Source: Parasitella parasitica NRRL 2501 | Lineage: Eukaryota > Fungi > Mucoromycota | Reading direction: 5' to 3' | DNA: 64,000 nucleotides | NCBI GenBank assembly: GCA_025201805.1 | Contig: MU619239.1 | Coordinates: 161,681 to 225,680 of the forward strand | In this document: in pieces, positions 25,872 to 40,286 of the stretch | Position numbering within the stretch: position 1 is the stretch's first letter | Layout: each line of letters opens with the position of its first letter | Notes under the pieces: generated by a model | Seen by the model: the letters and a program-made list of their open reading frames with translations, nothing else | What the model was told of the DNA's origin: nothing | Databases searched by the model: none | Made by a program: the position numbers and the translations under genes

Positions 25872-27531
25872 ATTGTGGATGTGTCAAAGAAAAAAAAATA
25901 AGTAAACAGAAGAAAAAAGGCCGTTATATACATGCTGATTATCGTCAGAGGACAATGAAATATCATACGTTTTGTTGCTGTCTGAAATAGCCTTCGTGGC
26001 TTGTAGATGTCATATACTTTGAAGCAGATTGATGATACAGATCCTTACTTTAACCAGCAAACCATACCATAATAGCGCCGAATGCTTGTTGTTATTCATA
26101 CCTGAATATATACGAATTGTTTTTATTAAAAGATATCGCTCGGTCTAATAAGTAAAGTCCAACCTTCTACATTTAAAAGTCAAGTATAGTAAGTAACCTT
26201 GACGATCATGAAAAGTCCATATGCCAGAAACAAAACAACTGTTACCACACTGGCAGAATTATAAAATATTCTTTTATTTAATAATAAGACAAAAAGAAAA
26301 AAAAAGAAACAATTATAATACGTAACCAGGAAATAGCAGCAGTGATTCTTATGTAGGGTATCCTAATATATCTGTCAAAATCAAATCGTAAATATTACTT
26401 ATTTGCTCATAACTTCAGCTAAAATGACCGTTGGCCCGAGATCCAACTTGGAAATCATACCGTTTACTCGCCACTATCTGACAACAACATTTGTATTAAT
26501 GATATTTTTATTGATATCTATAACTTTATCAGCTAAAATCACAATTTTTCATTGACTACTGGCATATATCGGGTAACATGCTAATGTGATATTACATCTC
26601 AAATTAAGGCGTATATCATTTTTACTATTTGAGTGTAGATACGACAACATGAAGTATCTAGTAACAATTTAGTTAGCTATATCAGAATTATTCTATCTGT
26701 CTTAATGAATGGCTACCCCCGATCAATAAAGTTAGACGATCATTAAGAAAGAACGACCGAATAGATATTATAATTGCTTTTTTATTTAACTGTATTGACA
26801 TGTTTGTCTGAAAATAGAAATCTGAAAGAAAGTTCCAAGTTTCATCAGCTCCAATTGATGTCTAACTGTATATAACATTTAATTAAAGAAATCGTATCTG
26901 TATAGAACATTTATTCAGGCACTTACGTTTTCACATTTAACACAAAGCAAAGCAATTTAGGATGTTTGATTTCTCTGCTTGTTCACTTCTAATCTTTAGC
27001 ACTTGGCATTTGTTATAATGGAAATTGGCCATGCCGTATCCCAAATTGCTGTCCTCGAGCGGGTCAGTAAGTGAAAGCTAGCAACCGAATTTGGAATAAC
27101 TACATGTACATGACCACATGACAGTTTTTCTATTACTATATATCTAATTATATTATACTTATTTTACCGTAAAACTTGATTGCTACCAAAAGGATTAGAA
27201 GAAGCAAGAAACTATATGATCTGTACAGTAAATTTATTAAGTAACCATATAATTATCAATGAAGCTGTCATCCATTATTCAAATTATATGAACCCAGTCG
27301 ATAAAGTTAAAGTAACTCAAGCTACCGCAAGCTATTGCTTTATCTACTACCTTCAATAATGATGTTGTTGATATTTTTCATACATATTACAATTTGCGCA
27401 TAACATATAATTAAAATATACTTGTGATAATTGTATTGGTATCAATAATAAAAGGGGAATACAATGTTCATCATTTTTTATTAAAAGAAATGTAGTTGAA
27501 ATTGAGATGGTATATTAAAAATACATTTACG

Positions 27532-28512
27532 TCAAGATATAATGCAGCAGTATCCTTTTCGAGATACCTTACGTTTTTGTTGTTTTTGCATATAGTTTTT
27601 ACTGTCGTCTGTAGTAACAGCAGTGAGACTTGTGTAGTCTTGAATGGTCGGAATTGTAACATTACTCTTAGATGGTTGACGCATCCCTAATGAATGGTGC
27701 TTATTTGTTGTTTGTAAATGATCTACGGAAATGCGCTGTTTGACAGATGGTGGAAAAGTTGGTTCCTGTATCTGCTGTATCATTTTTGAGGGCCTTCTCG
27801 AAAAAGAGTCCTGTGATTGTGGCACTGAAATAGAACCGAAATCATTCTGGTATATATCATCGTGTTGATTCTCTTCTCGTTGAATGCCACAAGTGTCATT
27901 TTGATTCTAAAAGTTATAAAGTATATCATGTTAATTAATGTGCAACCATGGTTAAATTAGTTAAGGGGAAAAATTCATTTCCCTTTTTGTCTTTACCAAG
28001 TAATCTCCATTTGTTTCTTCTGTAAATATTGTTCCCGAGTCGTTGCGATCAATATCATCAGAAATGGTATCAAAAGTGCTATCCAATTCATTATTGTCAC
28101 CGCCTCCCATCATAAAAAAAGTGTTTCTTTGTGTTGATTTTCTATTTTTGCTTATTTTTGTAGTGACTATATGCTTATAAGGTAACCCATAATCATCTAG
28201 ACCAAAGACGTCTTTTGGAATAGAATGATTATTATCATCGTTATTACTGTTACTACCCATTAATTTGGAATACCGAAGTTGTCCTTTCAATACTTCTTCT
28301 TGTTTATATTCTGTTGGTAATAGTAAAGCATTGTCGTTTTGTTGTTGTTTTCGTTTAGCAGCAATATCAAACACTTGAACAATCTAAATCAATGATGTTT
28401 GAGCCAAAAAATACGAGCAAAATTTTAAGTATTTTAAGTATTTAAAGATATTTACGTTATCGTCTATAAATCTAATTTCGAATGCGTAATTGTTTTTTTG
28501 ATTTGTTGTCAT
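27532..28512 (-). CDS. Hypothetical ~270 aa low-complexity protein ending in a polybasic stretch + CCIIS (exons 28512-28456, 28383-27997, 27906-27532)
   Basis: Two GT-AG introns join three in-frame exons. C-terminus is KQQKRKVSRKGYCCIIS*. Confidence 0.7.
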
Positions 28513-28874
28513 CTATATATTGTTGGACAGATTTAGAAAAAAAAAAAAAAAAAAAAAAAGATAATACAGTAGTAGAGAAAAAACGAAAAAGAAAACTTGG
28601 GAAGAAATCCCTCAGTTTAACTGGATTCACGTTTTCATATTATTAAATATGGAAATCAAGCAAAAGCTAGAAATTCAAGTTTCTTTACATTGCATCTTTT
28701 AGTTGGAAGGCCGCTTTTTTAGGGGGTGGGGGGGGGGAGATGATGAAAAGATCTGATAATCCATGAAGATATGTTTTACAAGGTGGCTTGATGTTAAACA
28801 AACAGCAAATAAAAATAGTCAAACGGAAAGTTTTTTCGTCTCTTCATTCCTTCTACTTCTTCTGTAATATCACT

Positions 28875-29998
28875 ATGATCGATCTTGCTACTGTTGATTT
28901 TCAACACCTCGAGGATTCTCTTTGTAATACTTCGGGTAATGTTCAGCTTGCTGAGCGTTTTAGATCTTTATTTACACTTAAGAATATTGCTAATGATCAG
29001 GCTATTGACATTATTGCGAAAGGTAAGTATGGCATGCAATTAACAAAGATAAATTCTGACAAGAATATATATAGCCTTTGCTGATGATTCTGAGCTGCTA
29101 AAGCATGAACTCGCCTATTGTCTTGGTCAAATAGGTAATCCTCGTGCTAATGCTACACTTGAAAAAGTTTTGGAGGATTTGAACGAAGCTGAAATGGTCC
29201 GTCATGAGGTAAAGTACTATAAGGAGCGGTCATTTGATCTGCATTTTTATATTAACATTGTGCAGGCTGCCGAAGCGTTAGGTGCCATTGGTTCTTTGGA
29301 ATCTCTTCCTATTCTTGAAAAGTATTTGAAGGATGATAATCAATCTGTGGTTGATACTTGTGAACTTGCTATTGACAAGATCAAATATGATAACAATCCT
29401 CAAACCAAGGCTGAAAGAGAAGCTTCCAAGAGTCTCTATAATTCTGTAGATCCTGCACCACCTTCTTCTGACACTAAATCTGTAGAAGAGCTTGAAGCTA
29501 TTCTAATCAATCGCGAGTATAAGTTATTTAAGCGTTATAGAGCCATGTTTGCCTTGCGTGAGATTGGCAGCACTGAAGCAGTGCTTGCATTGGCAAAGGG
29601 TTTAAAGGACAACAGTGCTCTGTTTCGTCATGAAGTCGCCTATGTGTTTGGCCAATTGCAGCACCCCGCCTCTGTCCCTGCCCTAACAGAGTGTCTCCAA
29701 GATCGAAATGAAGTTCACATGGTTCGCCATGAAGCAGCCGAAGCTTTGGGATCCATTGCTACCCCTGAAGTACTTGCTACTTTGGAACAATTCAAAACGG
29801 ATTCACAACAAGTGGTGCGTGAAAGCTGCGCTGTTGCACTTGACATGTATGAATATGAGACTAGGTAAGACACAAATATAGTTTAGACTTCATTTTTTTA
29901 ATGTTATACACTGTAGTGGTGAATTGCAATACGCTAATGGCCTCGAAACTCAACCTCAGAATATGCATGCTCTTAAACTTGCATCACAATCATCTTAG
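28875..29998 (+). CDS. LIA1: Deoxyhypusine hydroxylase, 4 exons
   Basis: ERFRSLFTLKN, SELLKHELAYCLGQ, MVRHE|AAEALGA, SVDPAPP, LFKRYRAMFALR, SALFRHEVAYVFGQ, MVRHEAAEALG (four HE motifs). Confidence 0.97.
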
Positions 29999-30330
29999 AT
30001 ATTTTACAACATCCAAGGAACATCATTATTACATTTGTACATAACTCAACGAAAATAACAAAGAACCCCCTACTCTATCGTATTTTATTCCTAAATCATT
30101 ACCACTATTACGACTATATGATCCACATTTTATAGAAGCTGATCATTTTGATAAAAAAAAAAATTAAGGTTGCCTATTGTATCCAAGTTGAGTAATCTAT
30201 AAATTTGAACGTTGTACCAAGGTGCACAAGCTTTTTTGTAATTATATTACAATGGCACCCTTTAATGTATCCAGTAAATCCCCCTTTCTTTTCTTTTTCT
30301 TTCCCCCCCCCCCTCTGGATATCATTGATT

Positions 30331-33154
30331 ATGTCTTACTCCAGGTCTCCACCTCGATCACCTACATCTCCAGAAGATTGGAGAGGGCCTCAATCAGCAA
30401 AAACATATTCAACTAGCTCATCTCGGCCGTATTCACACGCCTCGCGTTCACAATCGTTAGCATCTGCATCCAGTAGAGCTTATAGCTCTACCGGGTTTGA
30501 AGAGACTGCGAAGATTTACTATGTTGAATTGAAGAGCTACTTGAAAGAATTAATAGAGCAAGGTGAATATAGCACGGAAGATTTATAATTTAGACAGGCT
30601 AAATTTAAGCAATATTATAAACAAACAATAGAGGCTATGAATGGGCCGCATCCCCATAGAATAGCTGCTCGACAAAAACTAATAAGGCTGAGTCACCTTC
30701 AGTTCCATGAATTGGCAATGGATGTGTATGATGAAGTGATTCGACGAAGAAAAAACGATAAGTTTTGTGAGTGCTGTGCCCTTTATTGTCGATACGAGAG
30801 TATTTACACAAAGTATCCATGCAGTGCCTTTTCTAGCTGTAAGAGAAGACTTTCACCCCAAAAGAAACCAAGCAAGACAAAAGTTAGCGACATTACCTGT
30901 CGAGAGGTTCCAAGATTTGGCCAGTGATGTTTATTTTGAGCTGACGAGAAGATATTCAAATTTGATCGAGAATAATGTAGGATAGTGTCTTGTATCCAGA
31001 TAACTTTTGATTTAACCAGCAAAAAAATTAGGACACGTTTAGTAACATCCCACCTATTCCTAAAATACCTATCTCGCCCACTTACAGTAATAACCCTCAA
31101 CCGAGCAAATCCACCAATATTATTCCTGTCAAAGGAGTGATTAGTTTTGAAAATAACATGGACGATGACGATGATAAGTACAGCAGATCGCCTACATCAC
31201 CATCAGCTAAAGCTAGAGAGCACAAGGATCATTTTCCTAGATCCACCGCTCCATTGAAGAACGAAAATTACAATGTATGTTGATTTGTCGAATTTAAATT
31301 TTTATTCTAGCGCTAATCCTATCATGACGAATATCAACAACAACAAAAAATAGCACCAAACTATCGATATTGACAAAATGAAATCAGATTATGAGTACCA
31401 GATCAATGTCATGACTATCAGAATGAATCAGTTACAAGAACAAGTCGATGTAAGTATATGTGAATAAATAAATAAGGCATTTAGAATGGGCAAATTATTA
31501 AGGTTGGATGTAGAGAAAATCAAGGGTCAGATCAGACAAAGACATGCTTGTGAGTGCTTATTTTGCGTTCATCTTGAATTAAACTCATGCTTTATGCACA
31601 GAGAGACCAAGATGATCAAAACATAATACGTCAAATGGAAGAGCAGTATCGAAGTTTAAATGAAAAGTTTGAAAAAGTGGATCGTGAGTATAATCAACAG
31701 CAAGAAGCAGTACAAAACGTGAAAAAGGAGACAAAGGAATTGCTGAACGAACTAAAGAGACTTGCTAAAGTCAACGAGGAGCTGTACACTGAAAAGGAAA
31801 AGGCCGAGAACATGATAAATCAATTAAAAGAAGAGACAAAAGAATGGCAGATCAAATACGAAAAGGCTCGTATCCAGCTGCGAACTCTTAAAGGTACGGT
31901 TATGAGATGATCAGAAACCCAAACCTATCCTCATATAAGCGCCCTACATTTATGTAGCATCCTCTATCATTGATTTAGATCACAATCTCATCAAAGAAAA
32001 CTTTCTTCAACCATCTCAAGACGGCGTTATTTCGCAAGACCATATTCTTACATATCAAGCACATATAAATGATTTATTGGTAGCTGCAAGATCTAACGAT
32101 CCCTCTCAAGTCATTAACGTCATGAAAAATATCGTTACGGTATGTAGGTCAATAACCAAAGAGATACAAAATCAAGAAAATACGCTATCTTCAGATACCA
32201 CGAAATCCCTGCTTGAATCGAAAACTCGGTTTTCAAATTCTCTATCTGATCTACTGTTTGCAGCTAGACGTCATGCAAGTGGAATGGGACTTAGTCCTGT
32301 CAGTCTATTAGATAGATCTGCTGGCCACTTGACGACCGAGATTGTGAACTTGGTTAAGCTTTTGGGCATGAACCCTTCTTTAGCCAGTTCAGTATCTAGG
32401 TCAGTCAACAACAAAAGTACCACAACATCTTCCATCTTATCATCATTGAATGATGACTCATATGCAAGCGCTCATAGCAAAAGAACAGAGAACAATTATA
32501 ATTACTACAATCCCATGTCAAACGGTAGACCCAATGGCTCAACTAATATTCATAAAAGTACAAGATCTTCAAATAGCGATGAAATGTCAAGGCCTACAAT
32601 GAGGTCTGGCGTGGACTCTTTTGCAAGCTACAAGAGCAACAATAGCAACAGTAACAACGATATTCTATATTCTTCAAGGTCTTACGGAGACCAAAACGAT
32701 ACAAGCCCTGGGGATCTTGTTGTGAGTGTTATCATGTTCTCTGCTTTCTACATATAGTTTCAGATTTTGACTTGCTATATCACCCCACTAGAGATATCTC
32801 AAAGCCGAGACTGATCACATTGTCAAGACTATTCATAATTTACTTGCTGCGCTCAGATTACCCCAGCAAAATGGCGAAGCAGATAGCATTATCAGTACTC
32901 TATTGGAAATTGTTGCCACTATTTCAAAGTTATCTAGAGCAACATGTCAAACCTCGCAAGGTTACAGGTATAAACATGAATGTGACCCTATCTTGAATCA
33001 GCTGGACAAATGTTCTGAAAGCATCAATGCAATCCAAGCTAAATTCTTTGTTACGGGAGCAATAGCTACAGCCAACGCCAAAAAAGATCTTGCAAAAGAA
33101 GCGTATGAAATTGCTAAATTTACCAAAGAATTGATCATTTTGTTTGAGACATGA
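30331..33154 (+). CDS. SPA2: Spa2/GIT-family polarisome scaffold, multi-exon
   Basis: Two SHD repeats (ARQKLIRLSHLQFHELAMDVYDEVIRR, KRNQARQKLATLPVERFQDLASDVYFELTRRY), coiled coil, GLSPVSLLD, C-terminal AYEIAKFTKEL. Confidence 0.92.
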
Positions 33155-33471
33155 AATAATACAGTAATCCTAATAATTAATTAATTAATCAAAATAAAGC
33201 AATTGTATTAATATAAAATAAAAATGTGCAAGGTATATGAAGAAATTTGATGTATGTGTATATATAATTTAAGCAGAGTAATCATATTCATGTATTATAG
33301 GCATAGGGTTTATAGAGATAGTTCATAAATTCGTGCATAATAAAAAGAGATCATAGAAAAGAGCATATCATAGTACAATTCGGTCAGAATACATTTGTGG
33401 GTGGCGGGGAATGGGGCATGGTAACAGTTTATTTAGGCTGACCTTTATGCAAAAGCGGTGCATGGTTATAC

Positions 33472-36270
33472 CTAATCTTGATGCGAAAGCAACGGCTGTA
33501 AAACACATGTATGTCCACAGCCAGTCGGGCATAATTTTTCTATTGCAAACCATTCTCTCATATGAGACAAATGACCACCATGATTGCAGCCCTGACACCA
33601 AACGTATAATCCTCGAACCGTTTGATGGCTACATATAATGTGTACAATTTAGTAATGCAGAAATACTAAGCATGCAAAATTCGACTTTACCATAAAGAAC
33701 AAGGATTCAATAGCCTGTGGCATTTATCACAAGCCCATGATCCGCCAGTTGTGCCATTCACTAGTTTGAAGCAAGTATTGCACGCAATACTGACGGTAGT
33801 TGAATTCTATATTGAAACAAGTTAGTGCTTGTGTGATTCTTTTACTCAATTCTGCTTGTTAAATACCTCATTAAGCTCACGAATACTTTGAATTTTGCAC
33901 GCTTTTATGACTGCCGTTGCAGCCGACCAAAGCTTGAATCGACGCAGCATGTCAATGTAGGCAATAAACCAATCTGCTACACGCTCATGGTCGATACTCA
34001 AGTATTTCTCTAACACAAGATATAAAGTTACGCACATCTGGACGTCGCCCTGATCAGTGTAGTAATCCAATAATTCCATGACTACTGCTTCATGTTTCCA
34101 TGGAATTTTCAAATTGAAAAGTGATGATGAGCGCTGCAGAAACGATGAATGGCTTGTATTTAAACTTTCCACATCTCCATCAGATGATTGGGAAACCTCT
34201 TCTTCGTCTTCATCTTCCACGTCCTCGACATCTTCCTCGTCCTCGTCCTCGTCCTCATGTATATGAAGTCCACTGCCATCTTGGTTGACGCTATTGAAAT
34301 CATCGCCATCTTCTATATTCATGTCTGTTTCCGTCTGTTCGGGATAGGGATCATAAATGTCAACATGCATTCATCATTAGCATTGTCTGAAAAATACACT
34401 CACCATATCTTCATGCGTGGATTCATCTATATCGGTTTCTAATGCCTCATTACTATAAAACATACCAATGATTGCCCATGTTTGTGATGTGCGGTGTCGT
34501 CTCATATTCCACGCCAACTAGTTGCATAGGTCGATTAGTCATATGAATATAGCGATACACAAGGACATTACCTTGCTATTGACATCGCAAGCCACTGCCA
34601 CGTCTTCGCCGGATATAACATAGTTTTGTGCAAGAATCGAAAATGCTTCAAAATCAAACAACGGCATATGAACAATGCCAGAGCTTTGAGGGGGTATATA
34701 TTGGTTAGCCTGTTATCTGTTAGCGTGAAAGTTATTAGGAAAACGATCTTAATTTTACCACTTCTTCCAAGGCACTTCTCAGTCCTAATTTCTTTAAATT
34801 CCTGGGTGATCCAGCCAACGGATTGGACACGATGCTTTCATCCACAAACAAGTCTCGGGAGCTTTTGTCAAAGCTAAACATAAGGTCACCCTGTACATTC
34901 CAGGTCAGTGGATTTCTCTTCATCTCTTCCACTTGCTCATAAGAGCCTTTGATATGCTGCCGAATAAACCATTTGTCCTTGGCGACAGATAATAACTCGT
35001 GAGGGTTGTGCCATGCCAGCCCTGAGTGTGCCCGTGTCAGCATGTATATATATATATATATTTTTTATACACGTATATAGCCAGTACTTACCTGAGGGTG
35101 CGCTACTGTGCTGTTCAAATGTATATTTTGGTATAGATGGCCTTCGCACATCCCATATGTGTATTTTGTTGTCTGTGAGAAGAGCACATGAGGCAATTTC
35201 ATTGGGGTAATCCGGTCGCCACTGTATGCGGGAAACTGCAGACATTGTTTTGATAGTGTAGGTTGGTTTTTTCTCGTCTGATGTCAAGTCCCATACCTTG
35301 ATTGTCGTGTCTCTGCCTCCGGTTGCGATAAAGTTTCCGTTTGGATGCCAATCTAGCGTAAAGCAAGGGCCGTTGTGTGCTAGCGTAAAACAAGCACTTA
35401 TTTTGCGATCGTGTGTTGGTCTAGAATTTCGCATATCCCATTTCTAGCATGAATTTAGGTTTCAAATCTTTCTCACTTTTCAAATTTTTACCTACCTGTA
35501 GTGTTCCTGACTCAAATACCGCTGCGAATTCATGGACGTTGACAGGATTGAACTGCACATCACGGACTGCTTCTGCTTTTCCTTCAAATTTGGATCGTGC
35601 TCCTTGTCTGAGATCTCTGAGGTCCTGCAAATTACTTGATTCGTTAATCGTAACTCATGGATCAAGCTATACAGCACTTACCCAGCACTTGACTGTGCCA
35701 TCTTGCGATGCACTAATAAGGAGATTCCCGTTGTTTGGCTGAAAACTGATACGATTTACGGCACGAGAGTGTTCTTTTATCTCTCGCTCTATAGTCGGAT
35801 GTGTCAATATATAGACTCCTGGTAATAAATGTCACATACAACTTGCCTACTTTGCTTCCACTTTTGTTTATATTCCAGAGAGTAATAACACCATTGGCTG
35901 CAGCTGTTGCTATCGTGTGTTTTGTCGCTTTACTAGTCATATCAGTAATCATGCAAACATTGTGTTAGTGCTGACAATTTACCATTGTTACCCCATTTGA
36001 CATCGTTGCTAGCATAGTTTAAGTTGGGTTGAATTCCAGCTCTTAGGTTGAGAGATTCTTTTATATCTGCATTCTTTATGTCGTATATCTTCAAAACTAC
36101 AGGTTATCATATTAGACGTTGTGAACAAGCAGCTATCGGCACATATACTGTGTCTTACTTTCTCTTCCTGCCACAACAACTGAATTACTATCTTGAGATA
36201 TACTCAGTGCATTGATTGCGCCAGACATGGCTTTGCACGTGAGAAAGCTGTCTACTGCTGTTTTGTTCAT
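33472..36270 (-). CDS. WDR24/Rtc1(Sea2) GATOR2-SEACAT subunit, multi-exon
   Basis: WD40 repeats (VVVAGRE, IATAAANG, AEAVRDVQFNP, AHNGP..LDWHP, ATGGRD, IWDVRRP), YTDQGDVQMCV, C-terminal RING [32 protein letters not shown]. Confidence 0.92.
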
Positions 36271-36534
36271 AATTGTAGAGAAATGTTTGTCAAAAGAAAA
36301 AAGGTGGCTCTTTTTTATATCCCATTTTTCTGCCGGCGTGCTCAAGGCCACGCGATTGGAGGATGCTCATTGTAAATTGCAATTATCTAAAGGCTCATGA
36401 CTTTTTAGAATTGATCATTAAAAGTGAGCTTCCGAACCTTGTTTCTCAAAATTTGAGTGTTTTTATATAGTGATGCAATCATAAAAAACGTAACAAAAAG
36501 TATATAAAAGCGTGCATCTATTCATAGAGCACAA

Positions 36535-36601
36535 GTAGTAGTAGTAGCAGTAGTAGTAAGAGTAGTAATAGTATTGATTGTGGTAGTTGTGGTAGTTGTG
36601 G
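36535..36601. repeat. (TAC)n and (CCACAACTA)-like short repeats in the kinesin 3' UTR
   Basis: gtagtagtagtagcagtagtag... and tgtggtagt repeats just downstream of the kinesin stop. Confidence 0.8.
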
Positions 36602-36628
36602 AAGTATATGTGGTTTGGCCATTGCGGC

Positions 36629-39600
36629 TTAACGGAACCAAGAAGTTCTTTTTTCATGCTTTTCAGGCAGTTTTTCCTCTTGCGAACTAAATTATCATAA
36701 AAAAAAACGTAAGTTATGGCTAGGAGGTCGTTTGCTAATTGTTACCTTTCGACAGCTGCTCCTCCTCCTCGTAAAGGCTTGGCGATTCGGTTGAAATTCA
36801 ACATGGAATTACCTTGAGATTTGTGCGTGCGAGCTTGTTCTAGCCTTCCTCTTACAGCTTGAAGTTGGGATTCGAACCTATCAGTATCATGTTACCATGA
36901 CCACGATCTTCATCACCATAGGCTTATAGCACATCCACTTACTTTTCATTTTGAGTCAGCAGTTTATTCTGCGCTTCTTTTAGCAAATATTCCAAATTTT
37001 GTATGCGTTCATTTCTAGCACACAATTTGCGATCTGATAACGCGGCTTCTTTCTTGAGATGTGAGTTTTGTTCGACAAGCTATAAAAAAGACTTGTAAGA
37101 ACAAAGGCACACAATGCTGATTGTTCTGCTACTTTTTTTTTTTTTTTACCTGCTTTTGCACATTGGTTAGTTGATCCAAATTTCTTTCCAAAAGGGACAT
37201 CTTTTTCTGCTGCGCCTTGTTGCTCGTTGCCTTTAAAAAGTTGGTTTGTTGGATGCGAGTTTCGTCTAATGTCATCTCCAGCTCTACCACCTTTTCGCAA
37301 CGACTCTGGAGATCACGCATTAGCACCTTCTTCATGGTCTCGAAATCAGCCAGTTCCTGTGCCATAGCCTTGCGCATTCGCTCCAGCTCGCGCTCTTTTT
37401 GTTCCACTGCTTCCTGGGAGGGCGCTGCTGTGCTTGGCGCCTCCTTCATTTGAACGAGTTTGTCATTGGTCACCTGTAGCTCGTCCAGGACGCTCTGCAA
37501 CCTCTCCTCTTCCTTTGTTTTCTTTTCCATGTCAGCCTTCAAGGACTCAATCTCGTTTTGCTGAACCTGGTTCTTCATGATGAACTGGCTTTCCAGCTTT
37601 GTTTTAAGATCTGAAATAGAGTCTGCAATGTCACTGTTCTGTTTCACGTCCATTTCCTCCATTGCAATGGTCTTGTCTAGCAGCTCCTCATAGTCAGCTT
37701 CGAGGTTGCTGAAACGCACTTCGAGATCACTGCGCTTTTGAGAAAGTGAGTCTCTTTCTTGCTCTAGATTGGCGATGGTTACTTTTTGCTGCTCGATCAT
37801 TGCTTTGGTAGTTTGCAATTCGTGACGAAGTTCAGCGATAGCTTCTGGTGTGATGTCTCGAGCATCCAGATCAGACTCAATGTCCTGTTTCTTCTCTTCG
37901 GCATTTTCCTGCATGTAGGGTAGATTTAGTAAGTGCCGTGCTCTGGTATGCTATGCTTTGCTATGTCAGTCCACTTACAACAACGTCTTCTGCAGTCTTG
38001 AGTTGCTCTAGATTCTTTGATTCCGCAATCTCTAGTCTCGTTAAGGCCGCTTTCAGCTCTTCCAGTTCAGAAATGTATTCCAAGTTGACCTCTTTGAGCG
38101 AATCAATGTTGATCTCGCCTTCCTTCTTTTCATACGACTCCTTTTCCAGTTGAACCTGGGCATCGCTTAATTCTGAAGACAGTATTTTGTTGCTGTTGCT
38201 CATTTCCTTTTCGTTTTCCTTAAGACTGTCCAGCATTTGCTGAATTTCAGCGACTTGTTTTTCGCGGCTGGCGAGTTCCGCTGCTTTCTCATTGATTTGT
38301 TCGAGCAACTCTTGCTCGCGCTTAATAAACTCTTCCTTTTCATCGTTTCCAAGCGCCATGGCAGGTGTCGACGGTCTGCTATCATCGTCTACAGATAGTT
38401 TGAAAGCGGGAGCAGGTGTCTGCGGTGGCGTAATGGGTGCATTGTTAGCAACAGCAGCGGCAGGAGGAGGCTTTGATTTAGCACCCTCCATAGTAGCCCA
38501 ACCATCTTCAGGCACCGTTTTTCCTAATCGCCACATATTTATTTCATTCTCCAGGGCAGAGATGTAAGACTTGTATGAAACAGCATCACCCTTGACACGT
38601 TTAAGTAATGCCTTAAGTTCAGCAGGAGATAAATCAGCATTGACCTTGGCTTTGTTCTTGATAGTCTTTGCTCTAGCGCCGAAACGAAGTGTTGATATTG
38701 ATTCGGTTTCATTGTAAGAAGAAGGGGAACAGTTGATGATTAAAGTGGTGCGCGAGTTACCACCCAGTGATTCTTGTAGAATGCGAGTCAGCTTAGAATC
38801 TCGATAGGGCACATGGCTTGACTATAAGAAATATTTAGTATCGCGCATATACAAAAGACGAAAGCTGGATGTAACGCTCACCTTTCCATCTGTCAATGAG
38901 TTAATGACCATACCCAATGCAGTGAGAGATTTGTTGATTTTCTTTGCCTCTTCTAATGTCTGGCCTGAAGCGCCTGTTTTTCCAACTTTCTCAGAGCCTG
39001 CAAGATCTACCAGATATAGCTTTCCACTCTTTGCTGCACCAGTGTCTAGGTTCTTTTGTGTGATTGTTGTAAGCACAATTGAATGGCTTCTTGAGCTTTC
39101 GGCGTTCATATCTAGACATCCATAAATGAGATGTTGTTCAAGTTTCATGACATGCACCACTTACTTGTAGATGCAACGACACGATTATCACCACCAATTC
39201 TCATCACATCGTAGACTTCATTTGTGTCTGAAACATACACTTCTTTGATGCCTTTGACGTAGACACCTTTAACTTTATCTTCATGGATAGGTAGGTTGTC
39301 ATTTGCAGCTGTATTGTCGGGTTGAGTAAACACTCAGATTTTCATGTGTTTTGTTATACTTACGAACTAAAAGGTCCTTGACTCGTTCCATGTAAATTTC
39401 CATGTAAGCGACTTTTACGGTGAATTCCATATTGATAGGTGCCTCCTGGATGCTTGTAAAGATTTGCTCAATGATACGTGGAATAATACCCTTATTTTCT
39501 GAATCATCGATGCTGGATCCCATCATTGTATATGTCTTTCCGGAACCTGTCTGGCCATAAGCAAATACGGTGCCGTTATAGCCCGCAACAACATCTAGAA

Positions 39601-39959
39601 GACGCATAAATTAAGTATTCACATGTGCACACGTATAGAGAGTGGCTCGTCCGTACCATCTACAATAGATTTAATGGAATACTCAAAGATCTCCTGCTGT
39701 TTTGTGTTTGATCCAAAGCATTTATCAAACGAGAATGTGTTTGTGTCCTTTCCCTACACATATCAAGCATTGGCATTGAGTTTGAAATGTAATTTTGAGG
39801 TACCTGATTTATGGCACATGTTTATCAATACTACAATACCTTCAAGACAATATCCGTTCCGTCTTCCGATATTTCAACAATAGGGACACCTCCCTCTCTT
39901 ATTTCCAATTTGTTTTGAGGTCGGAAACGACACACGACTTTGATGTTATTACCAGACAT
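36629..39959 (-). CDS. Kinesin-1 heavy chain (conventional kinesin), multi-exon
   Basis: [72 protein letters not shown], tail [10 protein letters not shown] and KRTSWFR*. Confidence 0.98.
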
Positions 39960-40286
39960 GATTTTTTTTCCTTCTTTGTTTTATTTCTTTTGCTATGGTT
40001 ACGATGTTTATTGAAGTAGGTTACGATGGCAACTGTATCAAGATTTTTGGGATTTGTGTGATTTTATAGGTTTCTTAAAAAGTTGTGTAAAATAAGATGG
40101 CTATATAAAAAAAAAAGGAAAAAAGAGAAAAAAAAAAAGAAAGGAGAAAAGAAATGTAAAAAAAAAAACTGCAACACACATACACACACAGGTGCACTTG
40201 TACATGCACACTCAAGAGACTCTCGTTGAATATTATAAGATAGTAGTACAGAACTCATGACGTCGAAATCGAGTTTGAAAATGCGT

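Noticed and set aside
27030-27100. Possible hairpin or ribozyme (ccaaatt...aatttgg)
   Set aside because: Only a 7-bp stem and no hammerhead or other ncRNA core motifs
36463-36657. Tyr/His-rich 64 aa ORF
   Set aside because: Out-of-frame overlap with the kinesin last exon plus the (TAC)n 3' UTR repeat
36867-36879. GGTTCGAATCC (tRNA T-loop-like) on the minus strand
   Set aside because: It is the splice acceptor and codons FES of a kinesin exon. No cloverleaf surrounds it.
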